A program made the translations under genes and the position numbers. From Mycobacterium sp. (GTDB taxonomy: Bacteria > Actinomycetota > Actinomycetes > Mycobacteriales > Mycobacteriaceae): a DNA stretch of 64,000 nt. The stretch lies in assembly GCF_019243155.1 (NCBI RefSeq), contig NZ_JAFAUS010000375.1, forward strand, positions 1,023-65,022. Reading direction: 5' to 3'. How positions within the stretch are numbered: position 1 is the first letter of the stretch; the number at the start of each line of letters is the position of its first letter. The notes under the pieces are model-generated. The model was not told where the DNA came from. It was given only the letters and a program-made list of their open reading frames with translations, and searched no databases. Of this stretch, positions 29,904 through 39,565 are shown in pieces.

Positions 29904-31336
29904 GACCGCAGCGCCGCCGGGGGCATCGCGCTGTCGACCATCGCGATCTCATCGGAAAGGCCTGCCGCCGTGCGGATTTCACAGAAGGCGTGAACCATGG
30001 CGTCGGTCATCTCGTGGGTGTCGCCCAGCGTGCGGTCGTCGGCGATCACCGAGATGTTGAGTTGATCGACATAGCTCCACACCGTGATGTTCATGCCGCA
30101 CCCGGCGATCAGCGGACCGACGGAATAGATCTCACTGACCGGTGCGCCGGCGAAATGACCGCGCTCCCGCGGTCCGGCCACGTTGGAGACGGGCACGTTG
30201 AACAGCCTGGTCTGCGCACCGCGCCGGGCCAGCCAGCCGAACAGCGGCGGGGCCGCGGGGGGCGGCAGATAGGCGATCAGCTTGCCGTACAACTCGGGTC
30301 CGAAGAGCTCGTTGTTCTCTTTGGCGATGGCGGTGCTCGTCGACGTCAACCGCACCCGCTCCAGCGGATCGCCGAGGTGCGTCGGCAGCGACACCGCCAT
30401 GCCCGCCAACTCGTTGCCGCTGATCCGATTTGGTGAGCGGTCCGTCGTGGCCGGGACCGAGGCGACGATCGGCCGATCCGCAGCGCCGTCGTAGCGCAAC
30501 AACAACTCGCGCAAGGCCCCCGCGGTCATCGCCATCACCATGTCGTTGATGGTGATCTGCAGGTGCTTGCCGGTCTGCTTGACCTGCGGCAGCGACAGCG
30601 TCGCGGTCGCGAACGTGCGTCTTGGCGAGACCAGGTGATTGATGAACGTCGGCGGCGCGTGCAGCATCCGCGCGAGATCCGGCTGCCTGCCGCGCTCCCG
30701 CGAACGCCGGCGCAACCGCCGGGCGCCGGAAACGGCGTCGGTCATCACCCGGGGGAGCGCGGCGATCTGCTGGGCATGGTCTCGCCCGGCCGCGGCCAGC
30801 AGCTCGCCTTTCGACGGCAGGACGCAGGTGGTCTCGTTGTCGTGTTCGTCTTGCCCGGGAATCGCCGAATCCATCAGTCGGGCCAAAAGATTGGAGGATG
30901 CCACGCCGTCGGCCAGGGCGTGGTGCAGCTTCCCGATGAGCGCGAACCTGTTCCCGGCCAGGCCCTCGGCGAAGTGAAACTCCCACAGCGGCCGGCTGCG
31001 GTCCAGCGGGGTGGTCGCGATGTCTCCGATGACCTCGTCGAGCTCCCGGCGGCCGCCTGGGCTGGGCACCCGCACACGCCGCAGGTGGTAGTCGAGGTCG
31101 ACGTCGCAGTTCTGCAGCCACATCGGATGATGCAACCGCCACGGGATGGCCAGCAGCTTGTAGCGCAGCGGGTCCAGCCGGTGCAACCGCCGCAGCAGGG
31201 CGCGGCGGAAGACGTCGAAGTTGAACTCGCCCTCGTAATCGGCGGCATCGACGATGGCGACCTTCAACGTGTGGGTGTGCAGGTTCGGTGTCTCGCTGTA
31301 CAGCAGCATCGCGTCCATACCGTTGAGCCGCTTCAC
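29900..31336 (-). CDS. Wax ester synthase/diacylglycerol acyltransferase (WS/DGAT)
   Basis: KRLNGMDA, PLDRSRPLWE, HHALADG, TINDMV and VSNVAGP. Confidence 0.92.
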   Translation of the reverse strand: MKRLNGMDAMLLYSETPNLHTHTLKVAIVDAADYEGEFNFDVFRRALLRRLHRLDPLRYKLLAIPWRLHHPMWLQNCDVDLDYHLRRVRVPSPGGRRELDEVIGDIATTPLDRSRPLWEFHFAEGLAGNRFALIGKLHHALADGVASSNLLARLMDSAIPGQDEHDNETTCVLPSKGELLAAAGRDHAQQIAALPRVMTDAVSGARRLRRRSRERGRQPDLARMLHAPPTFINHLVSPRRTFATATLSLPQVKQTGKHLQITINDMVMAMTAGALRELLLRYDGAADRPIVASVPATTDRSPNRISGNELAGMAVSLPTHLGDPLERVRLTSTSTAIAKENNELFGPELYGKLIAYLPPPAAPPLFGWLARRGAQTRLFNVPVSNVAGPRERGHFAGAPVSEIYSVGPLIAGCGMNITVWSYVDQLNISVIADDRTLGDTHEMTDAMVHAFCEIRTAAGLSDEIAMVDSAMPPAALRS

Positions 31337-31370
31337 ACGACCATTATTGACCGGCTCGAGCCATTGGCGA

Positions 31371-31386
31371 GAACAAATTTCTGGTT
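31371..31386. promoter_or_regulatory. Operator copy 8 between the divergent WS/DGAT and thiolase genes
   Basis: GAACAAATTTCTGGTT. Confidence 0.55.
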
Positions 31387-31526
31387 CATGCAGGTCGTTG
31401 ACGCCGGGCCCTGATTCGCAAGGGCCACCCCGCCCCCCGACCTCCCAACGCGTTGGTTGACAATCGGTGGCAAGGTCCACGGAAGACATCGAGTCTGAAG
31501 TCCGGCAGTCAAAGGAGACTAGAAAC

Positions 31527-32684
31527 ATGGCTGAAGCCGTCATCGTCGAGGCAGTGCGATCCCCGATCGGGAAACGCAACGGCGGATTGTCCGGGGTTCA
31601 CCCGGCCGACCTGTCGGCACAAGTGCTCAACGGGCTGGTCGACAAGGCCGGCGTCGACCCCGCAATCGTGGACGACGTCATCTGGGGCTGTGTCATGCAG
31701 GCCGGCGAACAGGCCCTGGACATCGGCCGCACTGCGCTGCTGACCGCCGGCTGGCCGGAGACCGTTCCCGGCGTGACCGTCGACCGCCAGTGCGGTTCGA
31801 GCCAGCAGTCCATCCACTTCGCCGCGGCCGGTGTGGTGGCCGGGCACTACGACGTCGTCGTCGCCGGCGGTGTCGAGTCGATGTCGCGGACGCCGATGGG
31901 CGCGTCGCTGGCCAACGGCGGCCGGCCTTACTCGCAGACCTTCCTAGACCGCTACCAGGGTCAGATCCCCAACCAGGGCATCGGCGCCGAGATGATCGCC
32001 GAGCAGTGGGGCCTCGACCGCGTGGCGCTCGATGAGTTCTCCCTGGGATCGCACGAAAAAGCTGCCGCCGCACAGGATTCCGGTGCTTTCGACGACCAGA
32101 TCGTGGGCATCAAAGTGGCCGATGGCCACGAAAAAACGACAGTACTCAAGGACGAGGGCATCCGGCGCGGCACGCCGATGGAGAAGATGGCGTCGCTGAA
32201 GCCGGCGTTCAAGGAGGACGGCGTGATTCACGCCGGCAACTCGTCGCAGATCTCCGACGGCGCCGCCGCGCTGTTGTTCATGTCCGCCGAGAAGGCGAAG
32301 TCGCTGGGGCTCAAGCCGATTGCCAAGGTGCACACCGCCACGCTGGCCGGTGCGGACCCGGTCATCATGCTGACCGCGCCCATCCCGGCGACCCAGAAGG
32401 CGCTGCAGCGGTCCGGCCTCTCCATCGACGACATCGGGGCATACGAGGTCAACGAGGCCTTCGCGCCGGTTCCGCTGGCGTGGCTCAAGGACATCGCGGC
32501 CGACGAGAAGAAGCTCAACCCCAACGGCGGCGCGATCGCGCTCGGCCACCCGCTCGGCGGTTCGGGCGCCCGGATCATGACCACGCTGCTGTATCACATG
32601 CGGGACAAGGGAATTCGCTACGGCCTGCAGACCATGTGTGAGGGCGGCGGCCAGGCCAACGCCACCATCGTGGAACTGCTGTGA
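31527..32684 (+). CDS. Acetyl-CoA acyltransferase (thiolase, FadA family)
   Basis: DRQCGSS, NEAFA, GHPLGGSG and TMCEGGG; AAGGAG SD. Confidence 0.95.
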   Translation: MAEAVIVEAVRSPIGKRNGGLSGVHPADLSAQVLNGLVDKAGVDPAIVDDVIWGCVMQAGEQALDIGRTALLTAGWPETVPGVTVDRQCGSSQQSIHFAAAGVVAGHYDVVVAGGVESMSRTPMGASLANGGRPYSQTFLDRYQGQIPNQGIGAEMIAEQWGLDRVALDEFSLGSHEKAAAAQDSGAFDDQIVGIKVADGHEKTTVLKDEGIRRGTPMEKMASLKPAFKEDGVIHAGNSSQISDGAAALLFMSAEKAKSLGLKPIAKVHTATLAGADPVIMLTAPIPATQKALQRSGLSIDDIGAYEVNEAFAPVPLAWLKDIAADEKKLNPNGGAIALGHPLGGSGARIMTTLLYHMRDKGIRYGLQTMCEGGGQANATIVELL

Positions 32685-33472
32685 CCGACGCGCCGGGCGC
32701 GCTCGCCGAGCGCCACGGCAACGTTCTGGTCATCACCATCAACCGGCCCGAAGCCCGCAACGCGGTCAACGGTGCCGTCAGCATCGGCGTCGGCGATGCG
32801 CTGGAAGAGGCGCAAAACGACGCCGATATCCGGGCCGTGGTGATCACCGGCGCAGGCGACAAGTCGTTCTGCGCCGGTGCCGACCTCAAGGCGATCGCGC
32901 GCCGGGAGAACCTGTACCACCCCGACCACCCCGAGTGGGGCTTCGCCGGCTACGTCCACCACTTCATCGACAAGCCGACGATCGCCGCGGTCAACGGCAC
33001 GGCGCTGGGCGGCGGCACGGAGCTGGCTCTGGCCAGCGACCTGGTGGTGGCCGACGAGCGGGCCCAGTTCGGACTCCCCGAGGTCAAGCGCGGACTGATC
33101 GCCGCCGCCGGTGGTGTGTTCCGGATCGTCGAGCAGCTGCCCCGCAAGGTGGGGATGCACCTGCTGCTGACCGGCGAACCGCTCACGGCCGCGGCGGCCT
33201 GCGAGTGGGGCCTGATCAACGAGGTGGTCAAGGAAGGCACGGTGCTGGAGGCCGCGCTGGCGCTGGCCGCCAAGGTGACCGTCAACGCGCCGCTGTCGGT
33301 GCAGGCCAGCAAGCGGATCGCCTACGGCGTCGACGACGGAGTGATCGTTGGCGACGAGCCGGGCTGGGAGCGCACCGTCAACGAGATGCGTGTCCTGATC
33401 AGGTCCGAGGACGCCAAGGAGGGGCCGCTGGCGTTCGCCGAGAAGCGGGAGCCGGTCTGGAAGGCGCGCTAG
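32681..33472 (+). CDS. Enoyl-CoA hydratase (crotonase)
   Basis: INRPEARNAV, FCAGADLK, ALGGGTEL and GLPEVKRG. Confidence 0.93.
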   Translation: MTDAPGALAERHGNVLVITINRPEARNAVNGAVSIGVGDALEEAQNDADIRAVVITGAGDKSFCAGADLKAIARRENLYHPDHPEWGFAGYVHHFIDKPTIAAVNGTALGGGTELALASDLVVADERAQFGLPEVKRGLIAAAGGVFRIVEQLPRKVGMHLLLTGEPLTAAAACEWGLINEVVKEGTVLEAALALAAKVTVNAPLSVQASKRIAYGVDDGVIVGDEPGWERTVNEMRVLIRSEDAKEGPLAFAEKREPVWKAR

Positions 33473-33519
33473 TGGCGATCGCGAGCGCGGCGTGCCGGGC
33501 GAAGCGGGTCGCCACCATC
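33472..33519. repeat. Mycobacterial intergenic REP/MIRU-like hairpin unit between convergent genes
   Basis: GTGGCGATCGCGAGCGCGGCGTGCCGGGCGAAGCGGGTCGCCACCATC with GTGGCGA/TCGCCAC arms; recalled as a dispersed repeat. Confidence 0.65.
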
Positions 33520-33523
33520 AGGC

Positions 33524-34540
33524 CTAGTGCGCCAGAACGTTCACCCCGAAGCGGAACAGCCCGGGTACCTGTTCGCAGACCGGCACGATGGCACGACGCG
33601 TCGCGCGTGGCGTGCTGGCCAGCACCAGCGCCCGGGTGAGCAGCCGGTAGTCGCGGGTAACCCGATGCCACGCACGCTCATACGACGCGGGCGCGTCGTT
33701 GACGATGGCGTCGACGGCCGCGCGCGCCTGCTTGACCGCCAGGCTGATGCCCTCGCCGGTCAGCGCGTCCTCGTATCCGGCAGCGTCGCCCACCAGCAGA
33801 ACCCGACCCGCCACCCGGCGCGAGACCACCTGTCGCAACGGGCCGCAGCCGCGCGGCTGGCCCCGGCCGGCCCCCTCCAGCCGGCCGGCCAGCTCCGGGA
33901 ACCAGGCCAGCTGCGGCCGCCCGGGGGACAGGATCGCGACTCCGACCAGATCCGGTTCCACCGGCGTCACGTATGCCTCACCCCGGCGTGACCAGTGCAC
34001 CTCAACGAACTCCGACCAGGCCGGCACCCGGTAGTGCCAGCGCACGCCGTAGCGCCGCGGCCTTCCCGCAGTCGCGGTGATTCCCACCGCCCGCCTTACC
34101 TGGGAGTGCAGCCCGTCGGCCGCGACCATCCATTTCGCGCGCACGCCGGCGGCCGTCACTCCGTGCGCATCCTGTTGGACGGTTGTCACCCGCGCCCGAA
34201 GCCATTCGGTGTCTTGCTCTTTGGCGCGCGCCTCCAGCGCCGCGTGCAATGTGGTGCGTCGCACCCCTCGGCCCGGCCCGTCGCGAAATAGAGCCTGCGC
34301 GCGGCGATGCTCGCTGACGTAGGCGATTCCGCGAAAGGGCATGCCGGCCGGGTCCACACCGAGTGAGGTCAGTTCCGAAAGGCCGCCGGGCATCAGCCCC
34401 TCGCCGCACGCCTTATCGATCGGGCCGTCGCGCGGCTCGGCAACGATCACCGAAAGTCCTTGCCTGCGTGCGTGTAACGCCGTCGCAAGGCCGCTGGGGC
34501 CGCCGCCGACGATCAACAGGTCGGCGTCGTAGTCGCTCAT
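33524..34540 (-). CDS. FAD-dependent oxidoreductase/monooxygenase (SrsC/Rv1138c-like)
   Basis: IVGGGPSG, DKACGEG, AADG and LVGDAAGYEDALTGEG; ATGA-coupled to the methyltransferase. Confidence 0.88.
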   Translation of the reverse strand: MSDYDADLLIVGGGPSGLATALHARRQGLSVIVAEPRDGPIDKACGEGLMPGGLSELTSLGVDPAGMPFRGIAYVSEHRRAQALFRDGPGRGVRRTTLHAALEARAKEQDTEWLRARVTTVQQDAHGVTAAGVRAKWMVAADGLHSQVRRAVGITATAGRPRRYGVRWHYRVPAWSEFVEVHWSRRGEAYVTPVEPDLVGVAILSPGRPQLAWFPELAGRLEGAGRGQPRGCGPLRQVVSRRVAGRVLLVGDAAGYEDALTGEGISLAVKQARAAVDAIVNDAPASYERAWHRVTRDYRLLTRALVLASTPRATRRAIVPVCEQVPGLFRFGVNVLAH

Positions 34541-35037
34541 GCGTAACCCAACGCGGAGTTCTCCACCTGCAGACGCACCCGCAACAGCATGGCGTTGGCC
34601 AGCGTGAAAATCGCCGCGGTCAACCACGCGGTGTGCACCAGCGGCAACGCGAACCCTTCAGCCACCACTGCAACATAGTTCGGATGGTGTAGCCACCGGT
34701 AGGGCCCTTCGCGCACCAGCGGGGCCTGCGGCAAAACGATCACCCGGGTGTTCCACCGGTGACCCAGCGTCGTGATGCACCACCACCGCAGGCCCTGACT
34801 GAGCGCCACCACCGCCAGCATCGGCCAGCCCAGCCAACCGATGAACGGCCGGTGCAACGCCCAGGTTTCGACGACGCAGCCGACGAGCAGCGCGGTGTGC
34901 AGGACCACCATCACGGGATAGTGCGACCGGCCAAACTCCTTGGCGCCCTGGTCAAACGACCATCGCGCATTGCGTTTGGATACCACCAGCTCCCCGAGGC
35001 GTTCGATCCCGACCGCCAGCACCAGCAGGTAATACAT
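34537..35037 (-). CDS. Isoprenylcysteine carboxyl methyltransferase family protein (SrsB/BpsB-like)
   Basis: LGHRWNTRV, GPYRWLHHPNY and RLQVEN. Confidence 0.9.
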   Translation of the reverse strand: MYYLLVLAVGIERLGELVVSKRNARWSFDQGAKEFGRSHYPVMVVLHTALLVGCVVETWALHRPFIGWLGWPMLAVVALSQGLRWWCITTLGHRWNTRVIVLPQAPLVREGPYRWLHHPNYVAVVAEGFALPLVHTAWLTAAIFTLANAMLLRVRLQVENSALGYA

Positions 35038-35071
35038 GCCTCAAGTCTCCACCAGCTGTCGTTTACCGGCG

Positions 35072-36157
35072 CTACCAGGCCAGCAGCACGAGTTCGGAGC
35101 AGAACGCCGGACCCATCGCGATCATCAGGCCGATCGAACCGGGCGGCGGTGGGTCCGCCATGTTGGCCCGGAGCACGTCGAGCACCGAGACCGACGACAG
35201 ATTACCGTTCTCGCGCAACGAGTTTCGCGTGTGGTCGAGGGCTTCGCCGGGCAGGTCCAACACGGTCTCGACCGCTTCGATCACCCGCGGTCCACCCGGG
35301 TGGCACACCCAGGTCGTGACGTCTTGCGGGGTCAACCCATGATCGGCGAGGAATTCGCGCACGTCTTCGCCCAGGTACTTCTCGGCGATGGTGGCGACGT
35401 CGGCGGACAGCACGATCCGGAAACCGTCGCCGCCGATCTTCCAGCCCATGACCTCTTCAGTGTCGGGGTAGATCCGGCTGCGGGTCGCCAGCACCTGCGG
35501 ACCCAGTCGCTCGGCACCCGCGCGGTGGGCCCCCTCGGCGACCACCGCGGCGGCCCCGTCACCAAAGAGGCTGGTGGCGACCAGATTGGCCACCGAAGTG
35601 TCTTGCCGCTGAATGGTCAGCGAGCACAGTTCGACCGCGAGCAGGGCCGCCGACTGGTCCGGAAAAGCGCACAGGTAGTCGTGCATGCGCGCCACTCCCG
35701 CCGCACCGGCCACACAACCCAGACCGAACAAGGGGACACGCTTGATGTCCGGTCGCAGTCCGACCCGCGTCGCGAGCCGCGCCTCGAGCGTCGGAACGGC
35801 AAGTCCGGTCACCGTCGTCGAAAAGATGATGTCGAGCTCCGAGGGCTTCACCTTCGCCTCGTCGAGCGCGGCCAGCAGCGCCTGCTCGCCCAGGTCGAGC
35901 GCGACGTCGAGGTAGACGTCGTTGGCCTCGGTGAATCCGTTCAACTCGCTGTAACGCTCCAAATCCAGCGCGGTGTTTCGGAATTCGACCCCGCTGCTGA
36001 GCGCGAAGCGGCGAAAGTCCGGACCGGCGATGTCCGTCAGCTTGCGAATGGCTTCGTTTTGCGTGTACCGGTTTGGCGGGAATTTCACCGCGACGCCGGC
36101 GACGGACGGATTGGCCGTCGCAACCTTGGTCGAGTACCCCCCGTTGATCTTGTTCAT
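35072..36157 (-). CDS. Type III polyketide synthase (chalcone synthase-like)
   Basis: Cys-His-Asn triad in GLGCVAG, CHPGG and GNLSS; also LFGDGA and AMGPAF. Confidence 0.95.
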   Translation of the reverse strand: MNKINGGYSTKVATANPSVAGVAVKFPPNRYTQNEAIRKLTDIAGPDFRRFALSSGVEFRNTALDLERYSELNGFTEANDVYLDVALDLGEQALLAALDEAKVKPSELDIIFSTTVTGLAVPTLEARLATRVGLRPDIKRVPLFGLGCVAGAAGVARMHDYLCAFPDQSAALLAVELCSLTIQRQDTSVANLVATSLFGDGAAAVVAEGAHRAGAERLGPQVLATRSRIYPDTEEVMGWKIGGDGFRIVLSADVATIAEKYLGEDVREFLADHGLTPQDVTTWVCHPGGPRVIEAVETVLDLPGEALDHTRNSLRENGNLSSVSVLDVLRANMADPPPPGSIGLMIAMGPAFCSELVLLAW

Positions 36158-36255
36158 GTACGGGGTCACGGTTTCGTCGTCGTGTCGGTTCAAACGCGAT
36201 AAATGTGACACAGCCCGTTCTGCGGCGAGCGCGGTTCCGCGGCTAGGGTCGGGGT

Positions 36256-37395
36256 ATGCGGATACTCGTCACCGGGGCAACCGGCTACGTGGGATCGCGG
36301 CTGGTCACGGCGTTGCTGGCAAACCACCACGAAGTCGTCACCGCCAGCCGAAACCCGAAGCGATTCAAGCGATTCGGATGGTTCGATGACGTCACACCGG
36401 TCGCCCTGGATGCCGGCGACCCGGATTCGATCCGAGCGGCTTTCGCCAGCGCAGGGCCTATCGACACGGTGTATTACCTGGTCCACGCCATCGGCCAGCC
36501 CGACTTCCGGGAGGCCGACAACGCCGCGGCGGCCAACCTCGCGACCGCCGCGAAGGACGCCGGTGTGCGCCGCATCGTCTACTTGGGCGGCTTCGTTCCC
36601 GCCGACGAGGACCTGTCCGAACACCTGACGAGCCGGGCCGAGGTGGCCGAGGCCCTGACGGTGCCGGATGGTCCGGAACTGGTGTGGCTGGGCGCGGCGA
36701 TCATCATCGGCGCCGGGTCGACGTCCTTCGAGATGATGCGCTACGTCGGCGACCGGTTCCCGCTCATCCCGATACCGAGTTGGATGGACAACGCGATCGA
36801 CCCCATCTCCATCCGCGACGTGCTGCACTATCTCGTCGCCGCCGCCGACCCCGACGTGGTGCCCGCGGGGGCGTACGACATATCCGGGCCCACCACGACC
36901 TCCTACCGGGAGTTGCTCAAGACGTACGCGCGGGTCTCGGGCAGGTGGCACGCCGGTTTGCCGGTCGGTAGGATCGATACCGGGCTGGCGTCGCTGATCA
37001 CCGGTGTCGCGCTGCCGGTACCGCCTGGACTGGCCGGCGATCTGGTCGAATCGCTGGATCATCCGATGGTGGCATCCGCCAGTGACCTGCGCGATCGGGT
37101 ACCCGATCCGCCCGGCGGGCTCATCGGGATCGAGGAGTCGATGAGGTTGGCGCTGGCCGACCGGCGGGCGCGCCCGGTGAACGCCCTTGCCGATCCGCAT
37201 CACCTCGCCGACACCGATCCCGCGTGGGCCGGCGGTGACGCGCTGCGGATCCGGCGACTCGTTCGGAAGGTCACGCCGCCGATCGTCCGGCCGACCCTGG
37301 GACTGGTGAAGCTGGTTCCCGGGCCGATCGCCGGAGCCGTTCGCACCGGCCTCGAGATCCTGGTCTACATGACTCCGAAGATGGGTCCCGCATGA
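36256..37395 (+). CDS. NAD(P)H-binding atypical SDR (YbjT-like)
   Basis: LVTGATGYVG, YYLVH, LSEHLTSR and GSTSFEM; leaderless (TAGGGT-6nt-ATG). Confidence 0.85.
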   Translation: MRILVTGATGYVGSRLVTALLANHHEVVTASRNPKRFKRFGWFDDVTPVALDAGDPDSIRAAFASAGPIDTVYYLVHAIGQPDFREADNAAAANLATAAKDAGVRRIVYLGGFVPADEDLSEHLTSRAEVAEALTVPDGPELVWLGAAIIIGAGSTSFEMMRYVGDRFPLIPIPSWMDNAIDPISIRDVLHYLVAAADPDVVPAGAYDISGPTTTSYRELLKTYARVSGRWHAGLPVGRIDTGLASLITGVALPVPPGLAGDLVESLDHPMVASASDLRDRVPDPPGGLIGIEESMRLALADRRARPVNALADPHHLADTDPAWAGGDALRIRRLVRKVTPPIVRPTLGLVKLVPGPIAGAVRTGLEILVYMTPKMGPA

Positions 37396-38114
37396 GCCAG
37401 TCGATGGCTCCGTATCAGACCAGCGTGTTCGCCGAGTTGCGCCGCGCCATCACCAATGTCGCTGTGCCCTACAACGAACCGCCAAGGACGGTGCGGCGCC
37501 GGCGCGTCATCGTGACGATCACGCTGGTGATCGGCGGCGGGGTGCTGGGGTTCTCGTTGCGGCGCCACCCGGGGGAGGCCAGCTTCTACTGGTTGACCCT
37601 GGCGCTCGCCGCGGTGTGGATCGTCGGCGCATTCGTCTCGGGTCCGCTACACCTGGGCGGCATCTGCTGGCGGGGCCGCAACCAACGGCCGATCATCACG
37701 GGAACGGCGACCGGCCTGCTGCTGGGCGGTGTGTTCGTGGTGGGCGGCCTGATTGCCCGGGAGATTACACCCGTAGCGGAGTTGATAACCCGGGTGCTGC
37801 TCTACGCCCACCACGGGTGGTTTCCGGTGATTGTCGCGATCACCCTTGTTAACGGCGTCGCCGAGGAAGTGTTCTTTCGCGGCGCGCTCTACACCGCGCT
37901 GGGCCGCTATCACCCCGTCCTGGTTTCGACCGTCTTCTACACGTTCGCGACGCTCGCCAGCGGCAACTTCATGCTCGGTTTCGCCGCGATCATCTTGGGG
38001 ACGGTGTGCGCGTTCGAGCGCCGGGCGACCGGCGGTGTGCTGGCACCGGTGCTGACCCACTTCGCGTGGGGTCTGATCATGGTGCTCGTGCTGCCGCCTA
38101 TGTTCGGCGTCTAG
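37392..38114 (+). CDS. CPBP/CAAX-type intramembrane metalloprotease (Rv1140-like)
   Basis: AEEVFFRG and THFAW motifs; TM segments. Confidence 0.88.
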   Translation: MSQSMAPYQTSVFAELRRAITNVAVPYNEPPRTVRRRRVIVTITLVIGGGVLGFSLRRHPGEASFYWLTLALAAVWIVGAFVSGPLHLGGICWRGRNQRPIITGTATGLLLGGVFVVGGLIAREITPVAELITRVLLYAHHGWFPVIVAITLVNGVAEEVFFRGALYTALGRYHPVLVSTVFYTFATLASGNFMLGFAAIILGTVCAFERRATGGVLAPVLTHFAWGLIMVLVLPPMFGV

Positions 38115-38121
38115 GCAAGGC

Positions 38122-39471
38122 TCAAGCCTCGGCGACGACGCCGCGCGCCAGGGCTTTCAGCGCCGCAGTACGCATGGGCCACAACGCATACCAGTACAGA
38201 CGCCCCGGTATCCCGTGCGGGAAGAAGATCGCCCGCTGCCGGTACTCGGTCCCGCCACCGTCGCGCGGTTTCACGGTGATCTCCAGCCACGACCAGCCCG
38301 GCGACCGCATCGGGGCGCGCAGCTGCAGCCTGCTGTCGGGTTCTCGCTCCGCCACGCTCCAGCGCTTGAGCCAGCGTCCCGAGCCGCCGTCGGCTGCGTC
38401 CTCGGCGGCCTTGAACACCTGTTCGGGGCTCGCGCTCGTCGTCGCCGCCCGCACATCGGTGTAGACGACCTCGCCCGCCCAGTCCGGGTCGGAAGGCAAT
38501 GGCTCGGCCGGCTCGGACCGCAACGACGACCAGGTGGCGTCGGGGAGGCCGTGCGCCGCGCGGCCCAGCGCAGACGCGACCGCGCGACGGTAGCCAATGA
38601 GGCCGCCCGGTGGCGCCTCGATGATGCCGTCGATGTCCGAATTGCGCATCACCGCATCGCATTCCAGCGACTCGATCAGCGGTCGCGCCAATCCCGGCGG
38701 AATCGGCGTCACGGTGCCCACCCAGAGGCTGGCGATCGTCGGCGTCAGAAACGGCAGGACGACGAGGTAGCGATTGCCCAGCCCCGCCACCTGCGCGTAG
38801 ACGCGCATCATGTCGCCATATTCCAAGACATCGGGTCCGCCGATGTCCCAGGTGCGCGACGACGGCACCGGTGCCGTCGCCGCCGCGGACAGATAGTGCA
38901 GCACGTCGCGCACCGCGATCGGCTGAATCCTGTTGTGTACCCACTTCGGTGTGGTCATCACGGGCAACCGGTCGGTGAGGTGGCGGATCATCTCGAACGA
39001 CGCCGACCCCGAGCCGATGACCACGCCGGCCTGCAACACCACCGTCTCGATGCCGGAGTCGAGCAGGGCCTCACCCACGGCTTTGCGCGACTCCAGGTGC
39101 GGCGAGAGCTCGCGGCCCTCGGGATGCAGGCCGCTCAGATACACCACCCGCCGCACGCCGGTGCGGCGAGCAGCCGTCACGACGTTCTGGACGGCGCGGT
39201 TCTCCTCGGCCATGAAGTCCTTCGACGTGCCCATCGAATGGACCAGGTAGTAGACGACGTCGATGCCGTCGAACGCCGCGATCAGCGAATCGACATCACC
39301 CAGATCGCCGCGGGCGACCTCCGCCTGCTGCCGCCAGGGCACGTCGGCCAGCTTGTCGGGGTTGCGCGCCAGCGCGCGAACGTGATGGCCGTCGTCCAGC
39401 AGTCGCGGCACCAAGCGGCCACCGATGTAGCCGGTCGCTCCGGTCACCAGGCAGCGAACCTGTTCGCCCAT
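38122..39471 (-). CDS. YbjT-like SDR with a C-terminal DUF2867-like domain
   Basis: LVTGATGYIG, LSPHLESR, GSASFEM and FFPHGIPGRLYW. Confidence 0.85.
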   Translation of the reverse strand: MGEQVRCLVTGATGYIGGRLVPRLLDDGHHVRALARNPDKLADVPWRQQAEVARGDLGDVDSLIAAFDGIDVVYYLVHSMGTSKDFMAEENRAVQNVVTAARRTGVRRVVYLSGLHPEGRELSPHLESRKAVGEALLDSGIETVVLQAGVVIGSGSASFEMIRHLTDRLPVMTTPKWVHNRIQPIAVRDVLHYLSAAATAPVPSSRTWDIGGPDVLEYGDMMRVYAQVAGLGNRYLVVLPFLTPTIASLWVGTVTPIPPGLARPLIESLECDAVMRNSDIDGIIEAPPGGLIGYRRAVASALGRAAHGLPDATWSSLRSEPAEPLPSDPDWAGEVVYTDVRAATTSASPEQVFKAAEDAADGGSGRWLKRWSVAEREPDSRLQLRAPMRSPGWSWLEITVKPRDGGGTEYRQRAIFFPHGIPGRLYWYALWPMRTAALKALARGVVAEA

Positions 39472-39565
39472 CGATGCTCCGTTCCCCTCAGGTTGTTAAG
39501 AATCTGAAAGGAAGGATTGCCCAATCGATCCAGGCTTAAGCGCTACGAGGCATCACGCGCGGGAT

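Noticed and set aside
10768-31386. The island as a mobile element or prophage
   Set aside because: No integrase, transposase, tRNA or flanking att repeats seen, and codon style looks host-like; it may be ancestral and lost in other lineages.
31371-31387. GAAC...GTTC as an SOS box
   Set aside because: The spacer is 9 nt rather than 4; it fits the island operator instead.
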